A stretch of 64,000 nt of DNA from a virus (Duplodnaviria; Heunggongvirae; Uroviricota; Caudoviricetes). Made by a program: the position numbers and the translations under genes. The stretch covers positions 80,405 through 144,404 of IMG/VR virus record IMGVR_UViG_3300047567_000058; one strand, given 5' to 3'. Shown here piece after piece: positions 46,071 through 57,214 of this stretch (position 1 is its first letter; each line of letters starts with the position of its first letter). Under the pieces are notes generated by a model. The model worked only from the letters and a program-made list of their open reading frames with translations, was not told where the DNA came from and made no database searches.

Positions 46071-47504
46071 TCACGGCTGGGGAAGTTTGAGATATGCCTT
46101 GTTAGATCCGTCCGTAACGCACAATCCGTAAACCGATGATGCGGTGTAATAGGCGGAAACGTCTGATATGACGCATGCCGTGTTAGCCACCGAAACGCTC
46201 GAGACGCTAGTGCCGGATGCGTTGTAGATATAAGCGGACAGAGACGATCCAAGATCGTTCCTGAGAGCGACATTGAGGGAAGTCACCGATCCCGATGAAT
46301 TGATAGACGCCCCGATTGATTCTATTCCCATATACGCACCGAACACATCGCATGAGGAGACAACGGCGCTTACCGGAGACCCCGCGTAATTCGGGGTCTG
46401 ATACCATCCAAGGAAAACCATCTTAGGAAGGGTCTCGTAAGTGACGGAGGGCCCGCTTATCGACGCGACCGGGAAAATATTATTATTTTCCTGAGACGAG
46501 TCTATCGACGAGAACAAGCTTGCCGACACCGATACGACATCGGCGTATCTATGCTCTGTGACAGAGCATTCCGTCGCGGTATTGGATAGGTATCTGTCGG
46601 CTAGAGTCGATACGCTGGCATATGCCGAATTGGCGATGGCCGAGGCATATTCGGAATATCCGGACTCGATGGCGGCCGAGTTTGAATATCTTGCGGTAGA
46701 AGGAATCGACGCCTGCGCCGCATAATAAGAGACAAGCGAGATCCTTGATGATGCCATCGACGCCAAAGCGGATATCCTTGACTTCGATTCTGATTCGTAT
46801 CTTTCTATCTCAGTCATGTCTTCCTCGGCTGATATCGCCGATATGGCGGATGCCTTAATAGAAGACAGCGCATCCGATGACAACGAATCGGAGATCGCCG
46901 TCGTGCTAATGCCATCAATGATCTTGTCTTTGATGTATTTCATGAGATAATCTACAGTCTTCATGGCGTGCCTTATTTCATCAGATGTCTTGAAATCCTT
47001 GGCATATCCTATGTCGATTGTCTTGGTGTCGCCATCCTGGGTGACAGCGGCACTAAGGGTATCCGGAAGATTGATGTACACGCTGTCGTTGAGCCTGACG
47101 GGTATGTCCTTGCCGGAGATCATGATGTGATGCTGAATTGGATTGCGCTCCGATTCGATCACTTTGTAGTCGCCTTGGACGTTGCATTTGATCCAGAATC
47201 TAAGTCTGATATTGTAATCGACGACCCAGATATAGACGTGGCTTCCGATATCAGGCATCGGCGCTTCCATGTCCCAAGCCCGGCATCTGATGGCATTGGC
47301 CTTTGCCACCGTTGGATCGATGCTGATCTTCGATTCGTCTATTCCGATGTTTCCTGAATTCGTTGAATGATTGGTCTCTCGGAACGTTCCTTCTGAGATC
47401 GCTGGCATCAGCTTCGGTATGAAAACCCAGCACTCTCTGGTGTCGGAGTCTATTTTCATAACCGTTCCTATAAGCCAATCATAATCCACGTCATTGTTGA
47501 TCAT
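46071..47504 (-). CDS. putative baseplate hub/spike protein (gp5/VgrG OB-fold-like N-terminus); predicted leaderless
   Basis: IGTVMKIDSDTRECWVFIPKL...PMPDIGSHVYIWVVDYNIRLRFW; AACAATCGATT-ATG. Confidence 0.5.
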   Translation of the reverse strand: MINNDVDYDWLIGTVMKIDSDTRECWVFIPKLMPAISEGTFRETNHSTNSGNIGIDESKISIDPTVAKANAIRCRAWDMEAPMPDIGSHVYIWVVDYNIRLRFWIKCNVQGDYKVIESERNPIQHHIMISGKDIPVRLNDSVYINLPDTLSAAVTQDGDTKTIDIGYAKDFKTSDEIRHAMKTVDYLMKYIKDKIIDGISTTAISDSLSSDALSSIKASAISAISAEEDMTEIERYESESKSRISALASMASSRISLVSYYAAQASIPSTARYSNSAAIESGYSEYASAIANSAYASVSTLADRYLSNTATECSVTEHRYADVVSVSASLFSSIDSSQENNNIFPVASISGPSVTYETLPKMVFLGWYQTPNYAGSPVSAVVSSCDVFGAYMGIESIGASINSSGSVTSLNVALRNDLGSSLSAYIYNASGTSVSSVSVANTACVISDVSAYYTASSVYGLCVTDGSNKAYLKLPQP

Positions 47505-47554
47505 AATCGATTGTTGAAGCCATTTTTGCGATTGCGCCTAAAAAATCCAAATGC

Positions 47555-48175
47555 TTACTGAGCATCTGGATCTTCGGATTCGTTTATCGCGCTGTTGACG
47601 CCTGATTTGACCCGATCGTTTATGTATTTGCGAGTCGAGTATATTTTGGCGACGGCTTTTAGAAGCTTCTTGTACGCATAGACGGCGTCGTTGTACTTCT
47701 TGCGGGTGGCTTTGTCTTTTATCTTCCATCCTTGCTTCCACATATTCCACAGGACAAGGTAGCCTTTCTTGATGTTGCTCTTCGTTTTGTTGAACGACTT
47801 GGAATCAACGGATTTCTGAATAGCCGCTTGCATATTCACTGAAACCGGGCCTTTGAACGATCCTTCTCCGATTCCGGCTTTCTTAAGAAGCTGCTCAAGG
47901 CCATCCGATCCATTGATGACTGACTCATAGTCTCCGCTCATCATTGCATCGAATAGCTTGTCGATGACTCCGTCCAGTTTGGTCGAGCAGAGAAAATTGA
48001 TGGCTGTATCGCTTGCGATGCCGCTCAAAAGGATGCTGGTATTGCTGGGGATATCGTTGAACTTTGGATCTGGGTTGTTTTTGAGATCATCGATGACGTT
48101 GTTGATGTCGTTGATGTATCCGGCCAGATCCTTCTCGTTCTGCGACGTGTTTTCGCGATCGTCATCATCTTTCAT
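47555..48175 (-). CDS. hypothetical protein
   Basis: 206 aa ORF. Confidence 0.75.
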   Translation of the reverse strand: MKDDDDRENTSQNEKDLAGYINDINNVIDDLKNNPDPKFNDIPSNTSILLSGIASDTAINFLCSTKLDGVIDKLFDAMMSGDYESVINGSDGLEQLLKKAGIGEGSFKGPVSVNMQAAIQKSVDSKSFNKTKSNIKKGYLVLWNMWKQGWKIKDKATRKKYNDAVYAYKKLLKAVAKIYSTRKYINDRVKSGVNSAINESEDPDAQ

Positions 48176-48185
48176 TGTCTAGGCC

Positions 48186-49195
48186 TCACTTGGGATTGTT
48201 TTTGCTGTCGTCATGCTTATGCCCGAAATGACGGCGCCACTTATGAGCCTCGTACTCGGCTTCGCGCTGCTGATCTGTCTTGACTGCGAACGGATTGCGG
48301 AACCCGCCGGAAACCTCATCATAGCCATCTCCGCTGCGACGGATGCGGATTGGATTCTGGGCGACGAACCAGATAGACAGGATCAACGAGATAAGGAAGC
48401 ATGAATAAACTCCGACGACGCTGTACTTGACTTCGCTCTTGTCTTCGGTAAGGAACTTGCTGGCCCATTTCGCATAGTCAGGATTGTTGTACTTGTCGAT
48501 CTTATAGAGCTTATTGACGAAGGATTTATTATATTTCTTCCAGTCTCCGATGCCCATGGAGTCGCTCGTGCTGTATTGCTCTTTGGCGACTTGGACGTCG
48601 GCTACGCCGTCTTTGACGACCACTTTGCACAGATGGCCTGACGCGCTGGTATCCTCGGCGCTCTCGCGATATTCATAAACCACCCAGGTCGACATGTCTG
48701 ATTTGCCGGTGTATTCGGATTTCAATTCGGCCGCGGACGAAACCGTTGAGTCGAACTTGACGCCGGTAAAGATCCTCTGAGTAAGAATATTCCTTTGAGA
48801 TGGTGATCGTCAGATCGGATTGGTCGTTGTTGGAAACATAGAAGTCTTTGAGCTGCGATACCTCGTATGTCGGAGCGAACACAGGGACGACGGCTCCGAC
48901 GACTGCCTCTATGGCATAGTCGGCCCACTTGGTCCCGTTCTGCCACCATTCTGCACCAGACCAGGCTCTGACCATGTATCTAGGCTCTCTGGTGACGCTG
49001 GCTTTAATGTCGTTACCCCAGAAGGCGAACGCGTCGACATAAGACACTTTGTCTTCTTTGTTGGAATAGATCGAGATGTTATTCGATCCAACGTACATCG
49101 CGCCGTAATCCCAAACGCCGATGGTCAGCAAGCTGAACAGGCAGAATGTGATGATCCAGGTGAAGAAGTTTAGGGATCTTAGATATGAATTTCAT
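48186..49195 (-). CDS. membrane protein (two indels, 49173-49175 and 48768-48770)
   Basis: Removing one base at each site gives MKFISKILNFFTWIITFCLFSLLTIGVWDY...EDLTGVKFDSTVSSAAELKSEY, joining the track ORFs. Confidence 0.65.
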
Positions 49196-49244
49196 GATTG
49201 CACCTCTAAAGGATTTATTTATTTATTCCCGGCAAGCCGAGAAT

Positions 49245-50276
49245 TCATACGTCTTTGCGTCGGCTGTTCTCATTGACGGTTCCGCCCGATTCTATTCTGG
49301 CGACTCGGTTGCTAAGCGACACGACGCTCTGGGACACTCTCTTGATCTCGTCATATCTGTCGCTGAAGTCCTGATACTTGATATTGATCTTCTGGATATC
49401 GGCGTCGATGTCATTCTTTGTCGATATCAGAGCGGCGACAGGCTCAAGCCCTTTGTCGATCTGATGCTGGCATACCCCAAGAACGGTGTTCTGCATTTCG
49501 TGAACGCTGGCCGCGAGGGAGCTTTGCGTTGAGCGCTGATACTCCTGCATGTCCTCTTTTGTGACGAAGTTAGACTTGAAGACGACGCCGAACTTGAACA
49601 CGCTCATGATTATTCTGGCGAAGATCGTGGCTGCCCCTGAATAGATGATGGCCACGACTGACGTCGTCAATGCGGTGTTCTTGCTTAGGAATGAGTTGAA
49701 CTGATCCCACACGGACGTACCGGCAACGGTGATCGATCTCATGACCGAAGACATGGCGTAATGAGACGAATCGTTGTATTTGGCGGTGTACAGGATGTAA
49801 TAGACTCCGGATGTCTGGGTTTTGAAAACGTAATTGCTGATGGAGTCGTTCTTGACGGCCGATCCGAGATATGCCTCGCATCCGATCATGAAAGGATTGG
49901 CCCCGCTTATGGGAGTCGATATTTTCGTCGATACGTCGATTGAGTACGCCGCTTTGTCGTACCAGCATGCGATGAAATCACCATTGGAATCCTTGACGCA
50001 GATGGCCAGATTGGATATAAGAGACGCTCCGTTGGTGTCTGAAGCGTCAGTCGCCAGATCGGAGAACGTGTAGTTCGTGTCTTTTATGACAGGATGCCCA
50101 TCTCCGTCTATCTCGGCGTTCATCCAAGCGATCGAATAGGACGATACCGTCGAAGTGGAATCGGCAGCCATCACGGTCGAAGCCGGAGACGACGTCGAAA
50201 TCGCTATCGCGGTCGATGCCGCAAAGAACGCGAATATGCCAAAAATACCAAGAATAAAGCGATGAGTTAAAGTCAT
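49245..50276 (-). CDS. late membrane protein (signal/TM, luminal domain, TM, coiled coil); predicted leaderless
   Basis: 343 aa; AACAATCTATT-ATG. Confidence 0.75.
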   Translation of the reverse strand: MTLTHRFILGIFGIFAFFAASTAIAISTSSPASTVMAADSTSTVSSYSIAWMNAEIDGDGHPVIKDTNYTFSDLATDASDTNGASLISNLAICVKDSNGDFIACWYDKAAYSIDVSTKISTPISGANPFMIGCEAYLGSAVKNDSISNYVFKTQTSGVYYILYTAKYNDSSHYAMSSVMRSITVAGTSVWDQFNSFLSKNTALTTSVVAIIYSGAATIFARIIMSVFKFGVVFKSNFVTKEDMQEYQRSTQSSLAASVHEMQNTVLGVCQHQIDKGLEPVAALISTKNDIDADIQKINIKYQDFSDRYDEIKRVSQSVVSLSNRVARIESGGTVNENSRRKDV

Positions 50277-50358
50277 AATAGATTGTTCGAGCGGCGCGAT
50301 GCTAGATGAGATGTGAATTGCGCTGGCTATGGCCTTCGTGAAACGAACAATCTATTAT
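50275..50358. promoter_or_regulatory. divergent AR9-type late promoters
   Basis: AACAATCTATTAT on - (50275-50287) and + (50346-50358). Confidence 0.7.
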
Positions 50359-50391
50359 CGCATCAGCGTATCCAATCGGAGGCATTAAATA

Positions 50392-51018
50392 ATGAAGTTC
50401 TGGAAGGTGATGTCTTTTATCATGGACGTCCTCGTGGCCTGCGTGGTCTTATTCGCAGCCGGGGCAATCGTCCATTATTCTGGCGTGACGACCGTGTTTG
50501 GGGATTCCAGCCTCAATGACATGGTTCTCGGATTCGTGGCATGGGAATACCAGTTATGGGATGCCCTGAGAAGCGGATTGGGGATCAACGCACCCGCGGC
50601 CCAAGTCGCTGCGTCCGGATCATTTATTGTGATAGTTTTGGCAGTGATTACGTGGATCGTGACTGGATCCAAATCACGCTCATATGAAGAGGGGATCGCA
50701 ACCGGTGCCATCGCATACCGCAAGCATCACCATCATCATGGGCACAGCCATGAACTCGGCGAGGAAGTCGTGAGTTCGACTGCGTCATCGTCGACAACGG
50801 CCTCAACCACCGCCACTACCGAAGCTACTGATGAATCCGATGATGAAGAGGAAACAAAAATGACACTCAAAGAAAAGATCGCAGCTAAGAAGGCAGCCAA
50901 AGCGGCCAAGAAAGCCGAGAAAGTGGCCGCCAAAGAAGCCGTTGCCGAAGCCACGAAGGCCGAAGCCGCAGCTAAGCCTGAGACCATGAGCGAATTTCTT
51001 AAGAACCTTAAGAAGTAA
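50392..51018 (+). CDS. late membrane protein with His-rich, acidic and Lys/Ala-rich tail
   Basis: 208 aa; TM segments, HHHHHGHSH, KKAAKAAKK. Confidence 0.75.
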   Translation: MKFWKVMSFIMDVLVACVVLFAAGAIVHYSGVTTVFGDSSLNDMVLGFVAWEYQLWDALRSGLGINAPAAQVAASGSFIVIVLAVITWIVTGSKSRSYEEGIATGAIAYRKHHHHHGHSHELGEEVVSSTASSSTTASTTATTEATDESDDEEETKMTLKEKIAAKKAAKAAKKAEKVAAKEAVAEATKAEAAAKPETMSEFLKNLKK

Positions 51019-51040
51019 TCGTCGGTAGCGGATTTCATTT

Positions 51041-51080
51041 AAAAAAAAGCGGAGCGTGCGATGCGCTTCGCTTTCTTTTG
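51041..51080. terminator. bidirectional terminator
   Basis: AAAGCGGAGCG/CGCTTCGCTTT with A and T flanks. Confidence 0.7.
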
Positions 51081-52425
51081 CTACGGAAGGATTATCGTCA
51101 GGGTCTTCTTGGCTCTGGTGATCGCTGTGTACAGCCAGCGATTCTTCTCGTTCTTGAATGAGTTGGACTCATCTATTACGACAAGATTATCAAACTCAGA
51201 TCCTTGCGACTTATGGCAGCTGATGGCATATCCATAATCAAACTCGTTGATCTGGCTTATGGCCATGGCCCGCTTGCGATTGAGAATCTCGGTTTTCACT
51301 CTCTGGGCATACGCATTATGCGATTCGCCTGGAATGCGCTTCTGATAAGGAGCGGCTATCTCATACGTCCCATTTTGCATGAGGTATGCTTTCTGGGCCA
51401 CGTCATATGCGAATGCGTGGGATCTGAATGCGCCCATATCGGTAAGGATTCCATCAGTCTGATTGTCGAGGAAATCCGGCTTGAAGCTTATCTTGCATAG
51501 GCTCTTCTGCTCGTCGATGACGGTGAATCCCATCAGCTTTCCGATGCATCCGTTGATAAGGAAGAAGTCCTTGTTGGCATCAACCGGAACGGAATAGTCG
51601 TTGGCGCAGCAGATGATCTTCTCTCCAGGCTTCGGATCGCCAGACCCGAATCCAAGATTCTGACGGATCTGATCGTTAAGGCTGTTGCGGGTGGCGTTCC
51701 GTCCGCAGATGACTTGGTCGGCCTCAGTGAGAAGCTTCATGTATTCGGCATTCCCCAATTGCCATCTTGGGACGATTCTCAAGCTGTCCCCATACGTCCC
51801 AGGAAGAAGAGGAATCCCTCTTCGCGTATCGGTGGCTAGCTTTAGGATCGGGCTGTCCGCCGCCTGTCTGACGACGTCGCTAAGAATCGCATTCGGAGCC
51901 GCGATGTATCTGTTCATATCAGCGGCAACCGGCTGAAGCTGCCCAGGATCTCCGCAGCATAGCACCGGGATCCCGAAACTGAGGATATCGTTCATCATGT
52001 ATTGCGATACCATCGATACCTCATCGATCACGATCAGTTTGTATTCAGACGGAAGAGATCTGATCTTCGTGAAATGCATCGATGTGTGAATCACGGGCTT
52101 TCCGGCTGTGATTGTGACGTATTGGCTCTCTTCCTCATGATAGATCAGCCGATGGATCGTGTGCGCGTCCCGGCCTTTCTGAACCCAAGACCATGGCAGC
52201 CTTTCCGGTCGGGGCGGCAAAAGCAACCTCATATGGTTTGAGATTCAGAACGTATTGAATCACGTAATCGATGAGATACGTCTTTCCGGTTCCGGCATAT
52301 CCGGCCAAAGTAAAAGTCTGATGCGATCCGGTCTTAGGGCCTAAGAACCAGGCTTTTATAGCGTCTGCCGCAGATTCTTGCTGCGGGGTAAGCTCGACAT
52401 TCGTCAATGATATTTCGTTTTCCAC
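51081..52425 (-). CDS. dda: Dda/RecD2-like SF1 helicase (frameshift at 52184-52186)
   Basis: AGYAGTGKT, AAPTGKAA, TIHRLIY, VIDEVSM, GDPGQL, YAISCHKSQGSEF, YTAITRAK. Confidence 0.88.
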
Positions 52426-52451
52426 GCCGATATGATAACACGCCTTTCCGG

Positions 52452-52492
52452 AAAATAAAAATAAAATCGGACTGATTTCTCAGTCCGACTTG
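52452..52492 (-). terminator. intrinsic terminator
   Basis: TCGGACTGA/TCAGTCCGA hairpin then T-rich tract on minus strand. Confidence 0.65.
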
Positions 52493-52495
52493 TTT

Positions 52496-54194
52496 CTAAT
52501 GGCCCCAGGGGCCTTTGTTTCCTCCTCCGGAAACTCCGATCGGGCCTTGAGGAATGATATGTCTGGCTCCTCTGGTCTGAGGCGCTCCGGCTGAGATGAG
52601 ATTCTGACGAACCATTATCTCGGTATTGGCGTCTCCGAAGAATGATTTCTGGCCTTGGCAATTGATGTCCTCGTCAAGTCTAAGATCGTTGTTGGTCGCA
52701 AACGGATGCGAGAATTGCATGATGTCAGGCTGCTTTCCTCTGCAGGCGATTAGCTTGACGTTAAGGATTCTGTCAACCGAATCAAGATGGCCTGCGTCAT
52801 CGTGGTTTTGAACGACCGTTCGATTGATGATGAACGCGTAATCCGTGTTCTGGACGATGTCGATTGACTCGCCGACGTTGCTGGCGCCCATCTGATAGAC
52901 TGCTTTCGTCTTGGATGCGAGGTCATCGGCTTGTTCGTATTCCTTGAATGCGTCACGGTTGAGCTGCATGGCGGTGAGAACCGGAATGTCGCGGCTCTTG
53001 GCCAAAGCGCAAAGATCATCGGTGATGCTTCCAAGATCAAGGCGGACCTCGCCGTTCTTATTGGGGACGTTCGGTCTGATGCGCTTCAGATAGTCGATGA
53101 TGAGAAAGACGCACTCTTTGCCTTCCTTGCTGAGATCATCGAGGATAGACTTGATATCGTCAACGCAGATCGACTTGGGCGGCTTGTACATGATGATGAG
53201 ATCGGGAGACGCCGGATCGTCTGGCGTATACAGCTTTGCCGATCTTAGCATCTGAGCAACGGCATCGGATGAGTGCTGCGCGATATTGAAATCATTTCCG
53301 TTGGCATAGCAGCCAAGGCGTATGATCGTCTCGTCGACGGAGTTCTCAAGGCTGATCATGACGATGCATGGGCGTTTCATAGGATCTTTTGGCGAGATCG
53401 TGTTGTACAGCTTGGCCCAGCATGCGCTATTGAGAAGATAGCCTGATTTCCATCCTTTGGCCATGCCCATAGCGACGTAAAGGCGCCCGCTTTCGTATCC
53501 GCCGTCAAGCATCTCGTTCATGGCTTTGATGCCAGTTTTGATCTTGTTGCTCGGATTGGCTTGCTTGGCGATGACCCCTGGATAGGGCTCCGGTAAACGC
53601 CTGATCGCTGAGATCGACTTCATTCTTGGTGTCATCAGCGCTTTCTCTGGCTTCGCGAAGATCGCGCGAGAACTCGCTGGTGGTGTCTTCGATTTTGGTC
53701 ATCTCAGTCTCTAGATCGTCATAGCTCTCGCTTCTGACGGTATCGATCAGATTGACAAGCTTGTCGCTCTTTGAGATGACGATTCCATACTTGACTTTCT
53801 GAGAAACGGTCTGGTCGATGTTCTTAAGATCGTTGTCATCGATCGTTTGATTGGCATAGACCGAGAACTGCGTGATCGCCTGATCTGAAAGACGGCCGCT
53901 CATATCGACGGTATTCATGATCGCCGTCTTATCGACTAAGCGATCGTTTGACAGAAGAGCGTCAAGAACCTTTCTGATGATATAGACCCGAAGATCCTTA
54001 TCGGCGTCATTGCGGAAATCGTTGTCGTCGATCAGCGAGAACAGCTTCGAGACGTTAGCCACGAATCTGCGGTTATTGGCGTATTGAAGAAGCGCCAGAA
54101 TGATGCGATCAAGAAGGAACGTGTTGGTCTGAAGAACTATCTTCTGAGACGCAGACTGCCGTCTGTATCCCTGCGACTGAGATTGATTTGCCAT
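52496..54194 (-). CDS. dnaB: DnaB-like replicative helicase (frameshift at 53575-53578)
   Basis: IKTGIKAMNEMLDGG, GMAKGWKSG, SLEN, IIDYLKRI, VLTAMQLNR, GESIDIVQNTD, RGK. Confidence 0.85.
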
Positions 54195-54196
54195 AA

Positions 54197-54778
54197 TCAG
54201 TTATCGATTCCTTCTCCGCTCAATGGGCAGTAGATGTACAGATACGTCTTGACGACAACGCTTCTCTTGGTCTGATCATAAGAGCAGTCTGCCGTCGTTT
54301 TCTCAAGGACACAGACGACGTATTGGTCGGTGTCGGTGATCGATGTAGGGGTCTCCATCGGGATGCTTTCGAGCTCATTGATCGTGGTGCTTCCGCTCAC
54401 GAGCTTGATGCTCTCGGCGAATCCGATGTTGACGCTTCCGTAATAGGTGTATGAGTCGCAGGTCTCGACATGCGACGTTCCGTTGATGTCGATGATCGCT
54501 TCCTTGAACACGTTGTAGTCTTTCTCGAATTCCTCGCGATCCTCTTTGTAATAGATGTTGATCGTGTCATCGCTGACATTCTGGAAGTCGATATCCTCAA
54601 ACGCTTCGAGAAGATGGCTTTGGACATCTGTTGGAAGGGTGATCTTATTGCTTGCGAAGTATTCGAGCACTGAGTCTTTCAGCATCTCGTTTGATTCCGA
54701 TTTAAGCTGAACTGACGGCGCGTCTTGCTTTGGCTGATCGTCTACCGTCGGCATCGGCGTATCTTCATTTACTTTCAT
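54197..54778 (-). CDS. hypothetical acidic protein
   Basis: Track ORF trimmed to MKVNEDTP with GGAGG SD. Confidence 0.7.
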   Translation of the reverse strand: MKVNEDTPMPTVDDQPKQDAPSVQLKSESNEMLKDSVLEYFASNKITLPTDVQSHLLEAFEDIDFQNVSDDTINIYYKEDREEFEKDYNVFKEAIIDINGTSHVETCDSYTYYGSVNIGFAESIKLVSGSTTINELESIPMETPTSITDTDQYVVCVLEKTTADCSYDQTKRSVVVKTYLYIYCPLSGEGIDN

Positions 54779-55911
54779 TGGAGGCCTCCTGTTTTGGCGT
54801 GATCGTGTTTCTAATGACGTCAAGCGATATGTCTTTGCCTTTCTCTTCGAAGATGTACTTATGGATGACATCCTCGACTGGGAGAACCCCATCGAAGATG
54901 TATTTGTACTTGTCGAATCTCGTGTCGTCTGATTCCTGGAGAGACTCAGGCTTGTCTTGGACTTTGATGAATGTCTTGATCTTCGGATTGACCGAGTATT
55001 TTATTCTCAGCGCCGTGATCGTGTCGGACGGCAATCCGTCGAGATCGGCTCTTGCGAAGTCATATTGTGATGCGGCAGCCTCAATCGCGTTGATGAGGTC
55101 TCCGATGTGCTGGATCGTCTTATCGCAGTTGATCGACGCGCAGTCGATGATCCCGAACTTCGGGCAAAGGTTGTTGTCGATGAACTGCACCTTGTAGTCG
55201 CCGGTCTCGGTGTCAACCTCATAATAGACGAATCCTCTTGCCGAGATATCCGTGTAATCCCAGGCGCTGAACGATCCGGAATAAAATATTTTATCCTGCA
55301 TGACATGGCGGCTGTGGATGTGGCCGAACGTGGCGAATCCGTGCTCAAGCGATTCCTTCCAGTCGTCATACATGAAGACCGGGGCGGTCTGGATGTCGGT
55401 TCTGGCAGCCTTGACGATCATTCCTTTATAGGCAAGGAAATCCCAGGTGCCGTGTCCATGGATGATGTTGTATTTCTTGGCCATGTATGGCCCGTAGAAT
55501 TCCTTCGAATTGATCGGATACTCTTCGGGAGCGTATAAGACATGCATCCCGCAGATATCCTCATCAGCCAGGCTTTGGATGAACTTGAAGTCAAGGCCAT
55601 CGGGGGCGGCTTGCTCGAGGACGCTTCCCTGCATCATGTCATGGCTCATCGTTTCCTTCGACGAGGCGCAGCTTGATGCCTTTTCTGAGGCAAACTTCGC
55701 ACAAATCGTTGAAAAAGCCGATCGCATACAATGTTGACGATTCGGTTAGCGTGAGCTTCCTGTCGAAGTAATCTCCGTTTATGTTGATGATCTGAATGTC
55801 GTGAGACTCGACGAATGGCAAGAAGATCTTCTTCAGCTCATCGTACGTCCTTGCGGATGACGCGATGCCGAAATGAAGATCGTTAATCGCTATTCCCTTA
55901 ACTGTTGCCAT
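54765..55911 (-). CDS. sbcD: SbcD/Mre11-like metallophosphoesterase nuclease (frameshift at 55652-55654)
   Basis: NDLHFG, NGDYFDR, GTMSHD, HGHG, GHIH. Confidence 0.88.
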
Positions 55912-55938
55912 AATTCATTACTCCTTGTCTGCGTCTAG

Positions 55939-55967
55939 ATTATAACCATCCGGAGTTGCAAAGACAA
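55939..55967 (-). promoter_or_regulatory. sigma-A/70-like promoter of sbcD-dnaB operon
   Basis: TTGTCT-N17-TATAAT. Confidence 0.65.
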
Positions 55968-56011
55968 CATTTTGTTTAGAGAAAGACGAATACGCCAGGT
56001 CGCATCGAGCG

Positions 56012-56857
56012 TTAATACAATAAATTGAACGCGGCTAAGCTGGCGCTTCCGTAATTAGTATTCGTTATGGCGAAGGAATCCGAGCTTCCTGAATACAGAG
56101 ACGCCTTTCCGAAATTCTTTAATTCGATGTACTGCATCGACTTCATGATCTCGGCATACGAATTGAGGATGTAGTCCGAATACATGAATATTCCGTTGAT
56201 GGTGCCATCGCCATTATAAGACGTGATGGTTCTCTTCATCGGGAAAGGAATCCCTCTGATGATGACGTTAGCCATGATCGTCGCCGGAGCGGATCTTATC
56301 GCAATCGCAGGATACAGGCCGATGATCCCGTTTGATGGAATGGATATGCTTGTTTGCTGAGCGGCTTTGTAAACGGATGGGCTGTATGACATGTCATACA
56401 TCGACGCGAAGAAGTTGATCATGCTGACTTTGCGGCTTACCTCTCCAACGGATAGGCGCCTCTCGGCGTCATTGATCATTCCGGTCATTCCGTGGGATAC
56501 TCTGATCTTCTCGATTCCTGGATATGACGTTATCTCGATATCTGGCACGTTGTCTCCGGATCTGAGAGCGTTTATTGCGTTTATATTGGAAAGGCTGCTG
56601 CTGTTATACGATTCCAGCGTATGGAATGAAAGCCCAGTGTTAGTTTTGAGAAGCATGACAGCCGGACGATAAATCAAAGCGCCGGATATGGAATCTGATG
56701 ACGATGAAAGAGTCATCATATAGTAATTGTTTGACGAATCTTGCTTAGGGTTGAATTCCTTGAGCAATGACGCGTCGGAGTCATATGCGTTTCCAAGAAG
56801 GCCGTGTCGAGATATCGCATGAGATTTCGTGGCGATGTTAATTGTCTGTATTGCCAT
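56012..56857 (-). CDS. hypothetical (likely structural) protein
   Basis: 281 aa ORF, Ser-rich, AAGGAG SD. Confidence 0.7.
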   Translation of the reverse strand: MAIQTINIATKSHAISRHGLLGNAYDSDASLLKEFNPKQDSSNNYYMMTLSSSSDSISGALIYRPAVMLLKTNTGLSFHTLESYNSSSLSNINAINALRSGDNVPDIEITSYPGIEKIRVSHGMTGMINDAERRLSVGEVSRKVSMINFFASMYDMSYSPSVYKAAQQTSISIPSNGIIGLYPAIAIRSAPATIMANVIIRGIPFPMKRTITSYNGDGTINGIFMYSDYILNSYAEIMKSMQYIELKNFGKASLYSGSSDSFAITNTNYGSASLAAFNLLY

Positions 56858-56859
56858 GG

Positions 56860-57204
56860 CTATTTATCTCCTTCGACGGTATTGGGGGCAGTGTATCCAT
56901 CGGTGCTCTGGCTTGAGCTTATGCCGCTGATAAGCCTCGTGTATTCGCGCATGTACGCCGTCTCCATAGACAAGTCCGAGTTAAACGAAAGGTATTCTCC
57001 GTATTTAGAGTCGTAGACGATGACTTCGTCGGCATGGGATGATTTGTCTGAATTATAAGTGCGAAAAATATAAATATTTCCGCTGACCGGATCGATCTGG
57101 CTTCCGGAATTGGCCGATATCCTGTATCCGCCTATGCTCGGGTCCAGAGTCTTCGTGTATTTATCGGATTCAAGTATCGCGACTGCGTTGGTTATTCTTT
57201 CCAT
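56860..57204 (-). CDS. hypothetical protein
   Basis: 114 aa ORF. Confidence 0.7.
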   Translation of the reverse strand: MERITNAVAILESDKYTKTLDPSIGGYRISANSGSQIDPVSGNIYIFRTYNSDKSSHADEVIVYDSKYGEYLSFNSDLSMETAYMREYTRLISGISSSQSTDGYTAPNTVEGDK

Positions 57205-57214
57205 GATATTTCCC

